Source: Bythopirellula sp.
GTDB lineage: Bacteria; Planctomycetota; Planctomycetia; Pirellulales; Lacipirellulaceae
NCBI GenBank assembly: GCA_965216565.1
Contig: OZ244170.1
Span: 3,360,001-3,424,000 of the forward strand
DNA length: 64,000 nt
Direction of reading: 5' to 3'
The notes under the pieces are model-generated. The model made no database searches. It was not told the DNA's origin and saw only the letters and a list, made by a program, of their open reading frames with translations. This document shows, in pieces, positions 1 to 10,038 of the stretch. Numbering within the stretch: the first letter of the stretch is position 1; each line of letters opens with the position of its first letter. The position numbers were made by a program, and so were the translations under genes.

Positions 1-74
1 CGTTCGTCTAATCACAATCATTGATAATATGAATCTACTCTTCTAAAGTTTGAAATGTTACGGAGCTCCTCGAT

Positions 75-3000
75 ATGGATTCGCTACAAGGAAGTCCAGA
101 GAACCAAGATACTATTCCTTTTGTTGTCGGAATTGGTGCATCAGCAGGTGGGCTAGAAGCCTTAGAAGAGTTCTTCCGAAACGTGAAGGAAGATTCCGGA
201 TTGTCATATGTTGTGGTCCAACATTTGTCACCCGATTTTGAAAGCTTAATGGACCAATTGCTTGCGCGGACGACTAACTTACCCATTAAGCTGATAGAAA
301 ATGAACAGGAAATCTTAGAGAACACCATCTACCTGCTGCCTCCCAAAAAGGAGGTCATCCTTTCCGAGGGCAAGCTCCTACTGACCGATCGCCCTAAGGG
401 ACGTGAACTGTCCTACCCCATCGACAACTTCTTTCGCTCCCTAGCCCAAGACATTGGACCGGCGGCAATCGCTGTTGTCCTTTCCGGCACAGGAAGTGAC
501 GGTTCGCGGGGTATCGTCGATGTGCACGAATCTGGAGGGTTCGTCCTTGTTCAGAGCGAAGCCTCTGCCCGCTTCGATGGCATGCCCCGAAGTGCGTGCG
601 ACACGGGAATTGTGGATGCCATACTATCTGCCTCAGAAATGGCGGAGGCAATTGAACGATACACGCAAAGCTCGATTGGACTGGGGCGCAGAGCCGATCT
701 ACTCGACCCACAGAGAACCAAAGGCCCTACGTTTGCGATTCTCAATTTATTGAAGAAGAGCTATGAAATCGACTTCAGCCACTACAAAACCAATACGATT
801 TCTCGGCGCATCGAGCGACGGGTTCTGCTCAGCGGTTCAGAGAATGTCAGCACGTATGCCAAACGCCTTCGGACCGATGACAAAGAACTTGATTCGCTCT
901 ATAAGGACTTGCTGATCGGCGTAACGGGATTCTTCAGAGATAGCGAAGTCTTTCAGAGCCTGGAATCCGAGGTCATCCCGAAGCTGATTGAAAATATCGA
1001 TAGCGAGCAGGAAATCAGGGTTTGGGTTGTTGCCACGGCTACCGGGGAGGAGGCCTACTCGATTGCAATCTTGCTAAATGAAGCCTACGAAAAAAGTGGC
1101 AAGGTACCTCGAGTCAAAATCTTTGCCTCGGACGTTCACCATGAGTCGCTGGAACATGCCAGCCGAGGCATTTATCAGGAAGAGAGCTTAGGGGGCCTCA
1201 CTCCCGAAAGGAGAGAGAGGTATTTTGAAGAAAGGCTTGATGGCTTTCACGCTTCGCCTGAGCTACGCAAGATGGTGGTCTTCGTGCCCCATAATGTCAT
1301 CTTCAATGCACCATTTACCAATCTAGATCTGATTACATGTCGCAACTTGTTCATCTATCTAACTCCCTCGACACAAAAAAAGGTTCTATCGCTGTTCCAC
1401 TTCGGCTTGAAGACCGGAGGTTGCCTATGCTTGGGTTCTAGTGAAACGCCCGGGGAGCTCTCGCACGAATTTGAAGCTATTGACGAAAAGAGTCGCATCT
1501 ATCGCAAGCATCGCGATGTAAATTTGCCTGCCAGTATGCGGATGCCATTCTCTAGTTCACCACTTTCACTGCCTCCAATCAGCACGACTGCAACTGAGAC
1601 TCAGCCTGCCGGCATGCGGAAGCTGATGGGAACCTATGACGTATTGCTAGACAAGTACTTACCGCCCTCCCTGCTTCTTTCGCAGGAACACGAGCTCTTG
1701 CATACTTTTGGAGATGCTTCGAGCTACATGCGAGTGCCGAGAGGTCGGCCTCCCCGCAATGCACTCGACCTGTTGAACCCAGCACTTAAGTCAGCCGCAT
1801 CGGCAGCAGTTCGGCGATCGAAACAAGAGGGTTCCGCTGCTTGCTATGCCAAGCTACCAATGGCTAACAGTGATACCGAGCAGCATCTCCGTATCTCCGC
1901 CGAGGTATTCACAGAGCAAGACAACCAAATACTGGTCTGCTTTTCACTAGAAGACGAAGTCACTATCGCAAACAGGCCTGCGGTAGAGATTGGGCATGCT
2001 GATATCACCTCAGAAGAGTACGACGCACTAGAAAGAGAATTAGCACGCACCCAAGCAAACCTCCAATCCACTGTAGAGGAAGCTCAAACCACCAACGAAG
2101 AACTCCAGGCCGCCAACGAGCAGCTCACTGCATCGAACGAAGAATTGCAGAGCACAAACGAGGAGCTTCACAGCGTTAACGAAGAGCTCTACACAGTCAA
2201 CGCAGAGCACCAGAGAAAAATCGATGAGCTAATCGAACTCACCGACGACATGGACAATCTGCTTAACAGCACAAACATCCACACAATTTTCCTAGACCGC
2301 CAGCTACGGATTCGTCGATTCACTCCCGGAATCCGTGAAACGTTCAACTTATTGAGTCAAGACGTAGGTCGACCTTTCGGTTCGTTCACACATAACATCA
2401 ATCACGACAATCTAGCCAGGCTTGCTGAAAGCGTGATCGACTCCAAGTCGTCCGTCGAGCAGGAAGTCCAAGATAAGAACGACCATTGGTACCTACTTCG
2501 AATTCTGCCCTATCAAACGAGAGGCCAGGTTGACGGGGCAGTCCTAACCCTCATCGATATCACTTCGTTGAAACAAGCAGAGTCGAAGCTGGCCGAATTG
2601 TCGGAAATCGTAGAGCATTCGGACGATGCGATTTTCCGACAGGACATTGACGGTACAATTCGCACTTGGAACCGTGGAGCAGAGCGGCTCTTTGCTATCA
2701 AAGCCCCTAAGGTTCTGGGAGGACACGTCGAAATGCTCGGCCTCGATTGCCGAGATATTGCATTCAATAAGATTCTAAAACTCACCGCCAGCGGCGAATC
2801 GCTCGACCACATCGAAGCCCGACACAAACGCCAAGATGGCGATTTCGTCGATATCGCGATCTCGGTTTCTCCAATTCGAGATGTCAACGGCAATGTCATC
2901 GGAGCGTCTACCATTGCCCGGGATGTCACTCGACAGAAGCAAGCAGAGGCAGAAGTCCGCGAAGCGGTTAAACGACGCGATGATTTCCTTGCGATGCTTT

Positions 3001-4070
3001 CGCACGAATTGCGTAATCCATTAGCTGCCGTTCTCAATGCTACCAATCTAATGACAGAAATCGGCCTTCAAGAAAAACCAATCGAAGAAGCCAAAGACGT
3101 GATCGAACACAATGTTCGGCACGTCGCTCGTATCCTTGATGATCTACTCGACGTGTCGCGAATAGCAAACGACAAGATCAACTTGCACAAAGAAGTCGTT
3201 GACCTGTGCTCCCTAACGATTGATGTTGTCGAATGCGTCCAGCACCGCATTGATGACAAAGGGCAGGAACTACACGTCCATCAGCCGCCCGAACCGTTGT
3301 ACGTGGAGGGAGATGTTGGTCGTTTGCAGCAGATGCAAGTCAATTTGTTGGTAAACGCATCGAAGTATACGGCTGAGGGAGGACGCATCGAATATGAAGT
3401 CTATCAAGACGGCGATGAAGCTATCATATCGGTCACGGACAATGGCGTTGGGATCCCAGAGAGCTTATTGAATACGATTTTTGAGCCGTTCGTACAGGCA
3501 GAACAAACAATCGACCGAGCACAAGGAGGCATGGGCCTGGGGCTTACCTTAGTTAGCAAAGTAGCCGAGGCACATGGTGGCAGTGTCTCTGCAAATAGTG
3601 ATGGAAATGGCATGGGAAGTTGTTTCTCCATCATTTTGCCTATCACCAGGAAGCGTCCAAAGTCTCAGGTGCAAACAGAGCTTACCGAGATCGATGGCTT
3701 GAAGCTGGTCATTGTCGAAGACAATGACGGCGTGCGAAACATGCTTGCGCGGACCCTCGAACTGAAAGGCTTTGTCGTTGCCACAGCAGCAACAGGCCGC
3801 GAAGGAATTGAGTTGATTCAGCAGATGCATCCCACCGTTGCGGTGATTGATATCGGTCTCCCCGACCTCAATGGCTATGAGGTAGCTAATGAGATTCGTG
3901 ATGATCCCGAACTTCAAAACGTGCTAAAGGTGGCTCTTACGGGCTACGGGCGGGATCGAGATCAACAGAAAGCAATGCAAGCTGGGTTTGACATTCACCT
4001 TGTAAAGCCGCTCGACCCCGACGAATTGCTTCGCGCCGTCGCCGAAAAGTATGTCGCCATTACAAGCTAG
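75..4070 (+). CDS. CheB methylesterase-CheR methyltransferase-coiled coil-PAS-histidine kinase-receiver hybrid
   Basis: GASAGG/VQHL/GSDG (CheB triad), IGVTGFFRD and ATATGEEAYS (CheR), EELQ heptads, PAS segments, LSHELRNPL H-box, GMGLGL G-box, C-terminal receiver (IDIGLP...VKP). Confidence 0.93.
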   Translation: MDSLQGSPENQDTIPFVVGIGASAGGLEALEEFFRNVKEDSGLSYVVVQHLSPDFESLMDQLLARTTNLPIKLIENEQEILENTIYLLPPKKEVILSEGKLLLTDRPKGRELSYPIDNFFRSLAQDIGPAAIAVVLSGTGSDGSRGIVDVHESGGFVLVQSEASARFDGMPRSACDTGIVDAILSASEMAEAIERYTQSSIGLGRRADLLDPQRTKGPTFAILNLLKKSYEIDFSHYKTNTISRRIERRVLLSGSENVSTYAKRLRTDDKELDSLYKDLLIGVTGFFRDSEVFQSLESEVIPKLIENIDSEQEIRVWVVATATGEEAYSIAILLNEAYEKSGKVPRVKIFASDVHHESLEHASRGIYQEESLGGLTPERRERYFEERLDGFHASPELRKMVVFVPHNVIFNAPFTNLDLITCRNLFIYLTPSTQKKVLSLFHFGLKTGGCLCLGSSETPGELSHEFEAIDEKSRIYRKHRDVNLPASMRMPFSSSPLSLPPISTTATETQPAGMRKLMGTYDVLLDKYLPPSLLLSQEHELLHTFGDASSYMRVPRGRPPRNALDLLNPALKSAASAAVRRSKQEGSAACYAKLPMANSDTEQHLRISAEVFTEQDNQILVCFSLEDEVTIANRPAVEIGHADITSEEYDALERELARTQANLQSTVEEAQTTNEELQAANEQLTASNEELQSTNEELHSVNEELYTVNAEHQRKIDELIELTDDMDNLLNSTNIHTIFLDRQLRIRRFTPGIRETFNLLSQDVGRPFGSFTHNINHDNLARLAESVIDSKSSVEQEVQDKNDHWYLLRILPYQTRGQVDGAVLTLIDITSLKQAESKLAELSEIVEHSDDAIFRQDIDGTIRTWNRGAERLFAIKAPKVLGGHVEMLGLDCRDIAFNKILKLTASGESLDHIEARHKRQDGDFVDIAISVSPIRDVNGNVIGASTIARDVTRQKQAEAEVREAVKRRDDFLAMLSHELRNPLAAVLNATNLMTEIGLQEKPIEEAKDVIEHNVRHVARILDDLLDVSRIANDKINLHKEVVDLCSLTIDVVECVQHRIDDKGQELHVHQPPEPLYVEGDVGRLQQMQVNLLVNASKYTAEGGRIEYEVYQDGDEAIISVTDNGVGIPESLLNTIFEPFVQAEQTIDRAQGGMGLGLTLVSKVAEAHGGSVSANSDGNGMGSCFSIILPITRKRPKSQVQTELTEIDGLKLVIVEDNDGVRNMLARTLELKGFVVATAATGREGIELIQQMHPTVAVIDIGLPDLNGYEVANEIRDDPELQNVLKVALTGYGRDRDQQKAMQAGFDIHLVKPLDPDELLRAVAEKYVAITS

Positions 4071-4170
4071 CTTTCCGAATTCTATTTGACAGGCTATTCT
4101 TCAGACGTCTTACCGGCTCAAGTTGCGTTGCCAACATCCTACACTCACAACATCCAACTGGTGCACACCT

Positions 4171-5427
4171 TTGAACACGACTCGTAGAACTGCGTTGAAA
4201 GGAATCATCGGTTCTGGTGTGACATTCGGAACCGCTCCCTATGCCTTCGCTAAACGAAAACACACGCTTCGAGTGTTGGGGACGCATGTCACACTGCAGG
4301 AGGCACTCCGCAAGCAGGCTGAAAAAGACTTAGGTATTTCTATCGAGTTTCAGCCCGGTGGTAGCGCCAGAGTCTTGCACCAGGCATCCACACAACCCGA
4401 ATCGTTCGACCTTTACGAACAATGGTCGAACAGCATCAAAGTGCTTTGGCAAGCGGGGGCCATTCAATCCATCGACGTAGAGCGTTTGACGTATTGGAAA
4501 GAGATAAACAATCTCACCAAAACAGGACAACTAACTCCTGCTGCAAACACTGGTGCCGGCGATGCTCCTAATAAACTACTATTCGTTCAAGAAAACAATG
4601 CGCTCGGCGATAACACAACCGGCAACATCAGCTTCCTGCCCTACGTTCACAATGTCGACTCGTTTGGTTACGATGCGGGCATTGTAGATCGTGGGGTCCC
4701 ATATGAAACCGAAAGTTGGGGCTGGCTCTTTGATGACCAGTGGCAAGGTCGTGTAGCACTGGTGAATGCTCCAACTATTGGACTCTTCGACGCAGCCCTC
4801 GGTGCGCAATCGAGGGGACTGGCTGAATTTGCAGACATCGGCAATATGACTAAGCCGGAAATTGATTCCCTGTTCCGGTTACTCGTCGACTTGCGGCGGC
4901 AAGGACACTTCCGTGGCATCTGGAGCAGCGTGCCACGCTCGGTAGAGCTTATGAAGCGAGGCGAAGTCGTCATCGAAAGCATGTTCTCGCCCGGCGTATT
5001 TGCCCTCAAAGGCGAAGGAATCGATTGCGTCTATGCATCGCCTAAAGAAGGCTATCGTGCCTGGCACGGCGTGATGTGCCTTTCCTCGCAGACCGAAGGC
5101 AGCGCCAAAGACATGGCCTACGAGTACATGAATTGGTGGCTTTCCGGCTGGCCTGGGGCGTTTATCGCTCGGCAAGGTTATTACATTTCCAATCCCGAAC
5201 GAGCCCGTACTCATTTAAGCAACGACGAATGGGATTATTGGTACGAAGGCAAACCTGCCCGCTCCGATCTTTTGGGCACCGATGGGAAGGTGGTCGTCAA
5301 ACAAAACGAAGTGCGCGATGGTGGGTCCTACACACGTCGGTTCAGTAATATCGCAGTGTGGAATACGGTGATGGACAACTACGAATACACGTTACAGGCG
5401 TGGAACGAATTTCTTTCCGCAGTATAA
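4171..5427 (+). CDS. PotD/PotF-like extracellular solute-binding protein with Tat-like signal
   Basis: TRRTALKG twin-arginine-like motif after TTG at 4171 (ORF extends to 4123); SWGWLFD, YASPKEGYRAW and AYEYMNWW segments resemble polyamine-type SBPs. Confidence 0.8.
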   Translation: MNTTRRTALKGIIGSGVTFGTAPYAFAKRKHTLRVLGTHVTLQEALRKQAEKDLGISIEFQPGGSARVLHQASTQPESFDLYEQWSNSIKVLWQAGAIQSIDVERLTYWKEINNLTKTGQLTPAANTGAGDAPNKLLFVQENNALGDNTTGNISFLPYVHNVDSFGYDAGIVDRGVPYETESWGWLFDDQWQGRVALVNAPTIGLFDAALGAQSRGLAEFADIGNMTKPEIDSLFRLLVDLRRQGHFRGIWSSVPRSVELMKRGEVVIESMFSPGVFALKGEGIDCVYASPKEGYRAWHGVMCLSSQTEGSAKDMAYEYMNWWLSGWPGAFIARQGYYISNPERARTHLSNDEWDYWYEGKPARSDLLGTDGKVVVKQNEVRDGGSYTRRFSNIAVWNTVMDNYEYTLQAWNEFLSAV

Positions 5428-5445
5428 TCTCTGCAATCTCAAGCT

Positions 5446-7290
5446 ATGCCAACTCAGTCTCTCAAATCGAAAATATTTGCTGGATTTGCAATCATTGTAC
5501 TATTGCTGATCGCTAATGGGATTGTTTCCTATTTGGGCCTTGAGCATGTTCGCTCTGACAACTCCCGTCTAAGTCAGGTCGAGGCAACCCGCAACACGAT
5601 CCAACGCATCGACCGAGACGTGCAGGAACTGAAACTACGCGTCGCGCGTTATGTTTCGACTGGATACGATTCCCAACGAGAGGAAGCGCACCTCCTCTAT
5701 CAGCGCTTGATCGATAACCTGGACGCTGCTAAGGAGAGGGAACTGGAACCTACGACGTTGCAATTACTCGATCAAATTGGCGGCCATTTGCAGGAATACT
5801 CGAAACAATTCGAATTGGTCACCCAGGAACGAAGCCTTCGCGAAAAACTCGTCAATGTAGAACTTTCCTCCCAAGCAGAAGATGTCGCTAAAGGATTCTC
5901 TCAATTAGCTTCCTTCTCGGATTTAAACGAATTGTCAGACTCTGCACTGCTGGAAATGCTGCAAGTCCAGGCCTTGTTTACAGAAGCTGAGCAATCTCTG
6001 CTGCGGTACTTTGAAACTCCCGATTCCCTGCATGCTAGTTCTTTCGTTCGCTCAATCAACGCCACCATCTCTGGAGTAGAGTCAACAGAAGGGCCCAAAG
6101 AGGCTCTGAACTCCCTAGTCGAGTCGGTTCAACAGTTTGAACGTCTCGGCATCCGTGCCATTCAGGCTACAAGAAGCTATATGTTTCTCTTAAATGTTGT
6201 GATGTCAGGAGAGGCCTCGGAGATTTCCTATTACTCCCGTGTGCTGAGTGATCGTGCTGAGCAAAGCCGCGACGAAATTTCTGCCCGCGTGGCTGCCACG
6301 AGTAGTCGCGTGAAAAGGACGACGGGCTTCACCGTTCTAGCCGCCATTATTCTTTCCAGCTTGATCGCAGGTCGACTGGGAATGCTTATCGTCCCCCCCA
6401 TTACCGCACTCACAAAGGCATTTGGCCAACTTTCCTCTGGCGAAACGCTACACGAAATTCCTGGCACCGAAAGACACGACGAAATTGGCCAAATGGCGCA
6501 GGCCGCGAAAGTCTTCAATAGCCAAAACCTAAAAACTCGCGAACTCCTGGCCGAATCCGAGCAGCTTAGTAACGAATTACAGGAACAAGCGTTGGAACTA
6601 GAGTTGATGAACCAAGACTTAGACAGTTTTGCGTACGTCGCATCGCACGATCTCAAATCTCCTTTACGAGGAATCCGACAGTTAGCCACCTGGATAGAGG
6701 AAGACGCCGGGCAACACCTGCCGGCAGAATCTGCCAAACACCTAGAGCTATTGAAGTCCCGCATCACAAAAATGGAAACACTCTTAGAAGACCTACTCGA
6801 GTTTTCGAGAGTGGGCCGTATTGAGCCAACCGCCGAGGAAGTCGATCTCTCTGAAATGATGCAGTCCCTGGTTGATTTGACCGACAACCCAAATCGCGTT
6901 GAAGTGCAGTGGGCCAATGATATGCCCACCTTCAACACATTGCGAGCACCTCTGGAACAAGTTCTATTAAACCTCATTGGCAATGCTATAAAACACAATC
7001 ACCGGGACTCACACGGACGCGTCGACATCGAGTGCCACGAAATTGGCGACCGGTACAGGTTTATGGTAAAAGACAATGGTCCAGGAATTCACAAGAATGA
7101 CCATGAACGCGTGTTCCAAATGTATCAGAGAGTCGGGGACACAAGTATCGAAGGCAGTGGTATGGGGCTGGCGATAGTGAAAAAACAGATTGAACATCTT
7201 GGCGGGGAAGTCACGCTCGACTCTCAGCTGGGAGAGGGAACAACTTTTGAATTCACCTGGCCTGCAACAATAGAAAACACTCAGGCGTAA
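5446..7290 (+). CDS. Membrane sensor histidine kinase with HAMP domain
   Basis: Two TM helices flanking a helical periplasmic domain, HAMP (RHDEIGQMA), ASHDLKSPL H-box, NLIGNA, DNGPG, GSGMGL. Confidence 0.93.
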   Translation: MPTQSLKSKIFAGFAIIVLLLIANGIVSYLGLEHVRSDNSRLSQVEATRNTIQRIDRDVQELKLRVARYVSTGYDSQREEAHLLYQRLIDNLDAAKERELEPTTLQLLDQIGGHLQEYSKQFELVTQERSLREKLVNVELSSQAEDVAKGFSQLASFSDLNELSDSALLEMLQVQALFTEAEQSLLRYFETPDSLHASSFVRSINATISGVESTEGPKEALNSLVESVQQFERLGIRAIQATRSYMFLLNVVMSGEASEISYYSRVLSDRAEQSRDEISARVAATSSRVKRTTGFTVLAAIILSSLIAGRLGMLIVPPITALTKAFGQLSSGETLHEIPGTERHDEIGQMAQAAKVFNSQNLKTRELLAESEQLSNELQEQALELELMNQDLDSFAYVASHDLKSPLRGIRQLATWIEEDAGQHLPAESAKHLELLKSRITKMETLLEDLLEFSRVGRIEPTAEEVDLSEMMQSLVDLTDNPNRVEVQWANDMPTFNTLRAPLEQVLLNLIGNAIKHNHRDSHGRVDIECHEIGDRYRFMVKDNGPGIHKNDHERVFQMYQRVGDTSIEGSGMGLAIVKKQIEHLGGEVTLDSQLGEGTTFEFTWPATIENTQA

Positions 7291-7296
7291 CGATTT

Positions 7297-7731
7297 ATGA
7301 ACCCTGGTACTCTCACAGTCTTAGTCGTGGACGATGACGTTGTTGACGTAGAAATCGTTGAGCGTGGGACAAGACAACGCAATTTGCCCTGCGAAATGAG
7401 GTCTATGCCAGATGGCCGGCATGCGCTGGAATTCTTGCGAAGTGACTCGTTGACGGAGGATCAGCGAGAACGATTAGCGATTGTTCTCGACATAAATATG
7501 CCAGGCATGAATGGCCATCAATTTCTAGAAGAGTTACGCAAAGACCCTCAGCTGCGTCGTACTCTCGTGTTTGTCCTATCCACATCAGACCACGTACGCG
7601 ACAAATCAAAGGCCTACGACATGAACGTTGCGGGTTACTTTACCAAGCCAAACATTGACTCGCTAATCGATACATTGGAACTCTATGCTCAGCACGCTGA
7701 GTTCCCTCCTTGGCCAGGCGGACTAAACTAG
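7297..7731 (+). CDS. Single-domain response regulator (Rcp-like)
   Basis: VVDDD, LDINMP, LSTS, TKP receiver motifs; 6 bp after the kinase. Confidence 0.92.
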   Translation: MNPGTLTVLVVDDDVVDVEIVERGTRQRNLPCEMRSMPDGRHALEFLRSDSLTEDQRERLAIVLDINMPGMNGHQFLEELRKDPQLRRTLVFVLSTSDHVRDKSKAYDMNVAGYFTKPNIDSLIDTLELYAQHAEFPPWPGGLN

Positions 7732-7783
7732 CAAAAAAACGAGGCGGCAGCAGGAGAACCAATGGCTCCCCCACTACCGCCTC
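7732..7783 (-). terminator. Intrinsic terminator of the csrA-receiver transcript
   Basis: GAGGCGG...CCGCCTC stem followed on the minus strand by T7. Confidence 0.7.
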
Positions 7784-7866
7784 TTAGACCGAGTTGCTTC
7801 CATGCGGTACGCGGCTTCCGTGCCTTCCAGCGATTTACGAATAAATCCTGGCCCACCTGAACCCAG
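7732..7866 (-). ncRNA. Candidate CsrB/RsmY-like GGA-repeat sRNA or 3' UTR sponge
   Basis: Minus strand reads CCAGGAUU, GCUGGAAGGC, GGCACGGAAGCC, GCAUGGAAGC within about 60 nt, then a terminator; lies directly behind a CsrA-domain gene. Confidence 0.4.
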
Positions 7867-8667
7867 TCAAGCTCCGATCATCTCTCCCCTGCAACGCGCA
7901 CTGTCTCCAGGCACGTTAGCGTCGAAGGCAAGACGAAATACCAAGGCCTCGGGGTCGAGCGGTTTTGGAAACCAGCCATCGACACCTTCCGGCCCTACTT
8001 CCACGCCGTAGTCGGTGGGATCACCACCACTAACGGCAAATACTTTTAACGTTCGCAAACGGTTGTTCGCTCTCATCCGACGGATGGCTGTTGCACCATC
8101 CATCTTGGGCATTTGCATATCGAGCAGCACAATATCGGGCGTGCGATTGACGTCCAAGTAATCGAGCGCTTCCTGGCCGTTGCTGGCGAGATCGACGTCA
8201 TAACGCTTCGTTCTCAAATAACTGGCCAACAGTCGCGATTCGTTGGCGTTATCATCGACCAGAAGTGCGCGGGGCGATTTGCAATCTTCCCTCGGGGCTG
8301 AGGGGTTTTGCGACTTGCCAGAGGGACCGGCAGCAATTTGATTGTCAATTCCTTTCAGGTGATGGAATATCTCTAGCATCAAATGCTCTGTCTTGGCATC
8401 CTGCGTAGCATTAGATAATTCTTGCAGCTCTTGAAGTGCTTGCGTAGCGTTCTTCAAATGTAGATTCCGCTGGGCGTCTGAACTCGGATGCGAGATAGAG
8501 AAAGGCTCATTCTCTTCTCCTGCCAGTTCGTGACGTAGTACGCGAACATCACGAGGAGCATCTATGCCGACGCGTACCTTGTTGCCGTCAACACGCAAGA
8601 TCTGCACACTGATTCCTAAGCTCGGGAAGAGAATTTTATCGTCTTCCCGACGAGACAAGACCAACAT
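7867..8667 (-). CDS. CsrA (carbon storage regulator) domain fused to a C-terminal receiver domain
   Basis: MLVLSRR...VRVGIDAPRDVRVLRHEL CsrA signature; LLVDDN, LLDMQMP, FPKP receiver motifs. Confidence 0.9.
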   Translation of the reverse strand: MLVLSRREDDKILFPSLGISVQILRVDGNKVRVGIDAPRDVRVLRHELAGEENEPFSISHPSSDAQRNLHLKNATQALQELQELSNATQDAKTEHLMLEIFHHLKGIDNQIAAGPSGKSQNPSAPREDCKSPRALLVDDNANESRLLASYLRTKRYDVDLASNGQEALDYLDVNRTPDIVLLDMQMPKMDGATAIRRMRANNRLRTLKVFAVSGGDPTDYGVEVGPEGVDGWFPKPLDPEALVFRLAFDANVPGDSARCRGEMIGA

Positions 8668-9196
8668 CGGCGGTTTCCTTTCCTAGAGAGCAGCGTCCCT
8701 TAGTGTCAAATGTTTCTGCTACTCTCGATTCCATATTGGGGACGAGCCCGCGTTAGGTGGGAGAACTGGTTTCGCGGGTGCTTTGCAGGACAAAGCGTGT
8801 CTGGTTCGATGTGCCCAATCTTAGGAACGGATAACCGTCGAAAATCATATTCGTACATCGTGTCCGATCGAACGTGCGTAGATTCTGCACAGAACCACCC
8901 ATTCGTTCAACACCATTTTCGATTTAGTTTCGAAAAAAAATTTGCAGTATTGCTAGCGTATGGCAATGCAGTTTTGGGGTTGATTCGACGGTGCCCTTGC
9001 GCAGGAAAACAGAGGCATCTAACCGTTCATGCGGCGCGACCAATCGAGAGATAGCTTCCATAGCTTGGGCCCGCTTCAATCTCATGAACATGAAATCGAG
9101 AACATTGCTTTTGCGATCCATGATCGTGAAGATACAATTCGGCAAGCTGGGTCCACATTGCTTCGAATCACCATTAACGCCTCCAGGAGGACTGTG

Positions 9197-9778
9197 ATGA
9201 AAACCTCGGTAGCCCTCACGCTGCTCTTAGCTTGTTCCGCAAGCGCTGCACCACCTGCACAGGTTTCAGTCCCTATTGAACTTGGTCCGAAAGCATACCG
9301 TAATGGAGATGCCATTGAGATCACTGAGGTGACGGCAACTTCCCCACTCCTCGAGCAAGGCGACTCGGTCACCGTTACTGGCAGATTCTATTTGAAGAGC
9401 CAAGAAACAGCGAATCTCAGCCTCAATCTGACAGCAACTGTTGGCGACGGTAGATCATTGGCCATTCCAGAGGCGTCGATGACTGTTAGCAAAGGACATG
9501 GCGAGTTTACCCTTTCAACGCTTATCCGTAGCACGGGGTATCTGCATCTCACGTTCTACGACCCAACCACGGGCAAACCTTTTGGCGGAACGTATTTTGG
9601 TACTCCACAACAAGTGAAATCTATTTCCAATTGGGATGTGAGCTATTACTTAGACTCGGAAAAGCCCTCGAAACGATTATCTCGAAGGCGAGATGAACTT
9701 GCAAAGCTGCAACAAAAGGTGCAAACGTTGGAGAAGCGATTTGAGGAGCTGAATCGCAAATTCAACGCCATCAAGTAG
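9197..9778 (+). CDS. Secreted hypothetical protein with C-terminal coiled coil
   Basis: AGGAGG RBS before ATG 9197; signal peptide MKTSVALTLLLACSASA; ORF extends to 9029. Confidence 0.7.
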   Translation: MKTSVALTLLLACSASAAPPAQVSVPIELGPKAYRNGDAIEITEVTATSPLLEQGDSVTVTGRFYLKSQETANLSLNLTATVGDGRSLAIPEASMTVSKGHGEFTLSTLIRSTGYLHLTFYDPTTGKPFGGTYFGTPQQVKSISNWDVSYYLDSEKPSKRLSRRRDELAKLQQKVQTLEKRFEELNRKFNAIK

Positions 9779-10038
9779 TTCGTTTCGCTGGAGGACTTAG
9801 AACCGCGTTCTCCCGCCCTGCCCTACAGACCTTGCTAGCAATACCAGCAAGCGGCAACTCCAAAATGTAAATCTGTAACGGTTAGCTTCAAACTTCTCAA
9901 TCAACCGCCAGTAACGGTTCGATCAATTCTCCGTAGCGGTGCGCCGTAATTCTTGGGCGTCCTCGCTCGTCGTGTACTTTGGGGGTGCGCGGCAACTCAT
10001 TGCTTCTACTCTTGCTGCTGAACAAGGACGTTCGCTGC

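Noticed and set aside
8710..9196. Short ORFs in the divergent intergenic region
   Set aside because: No RBS or recognisable protein features; likely promoter DNA
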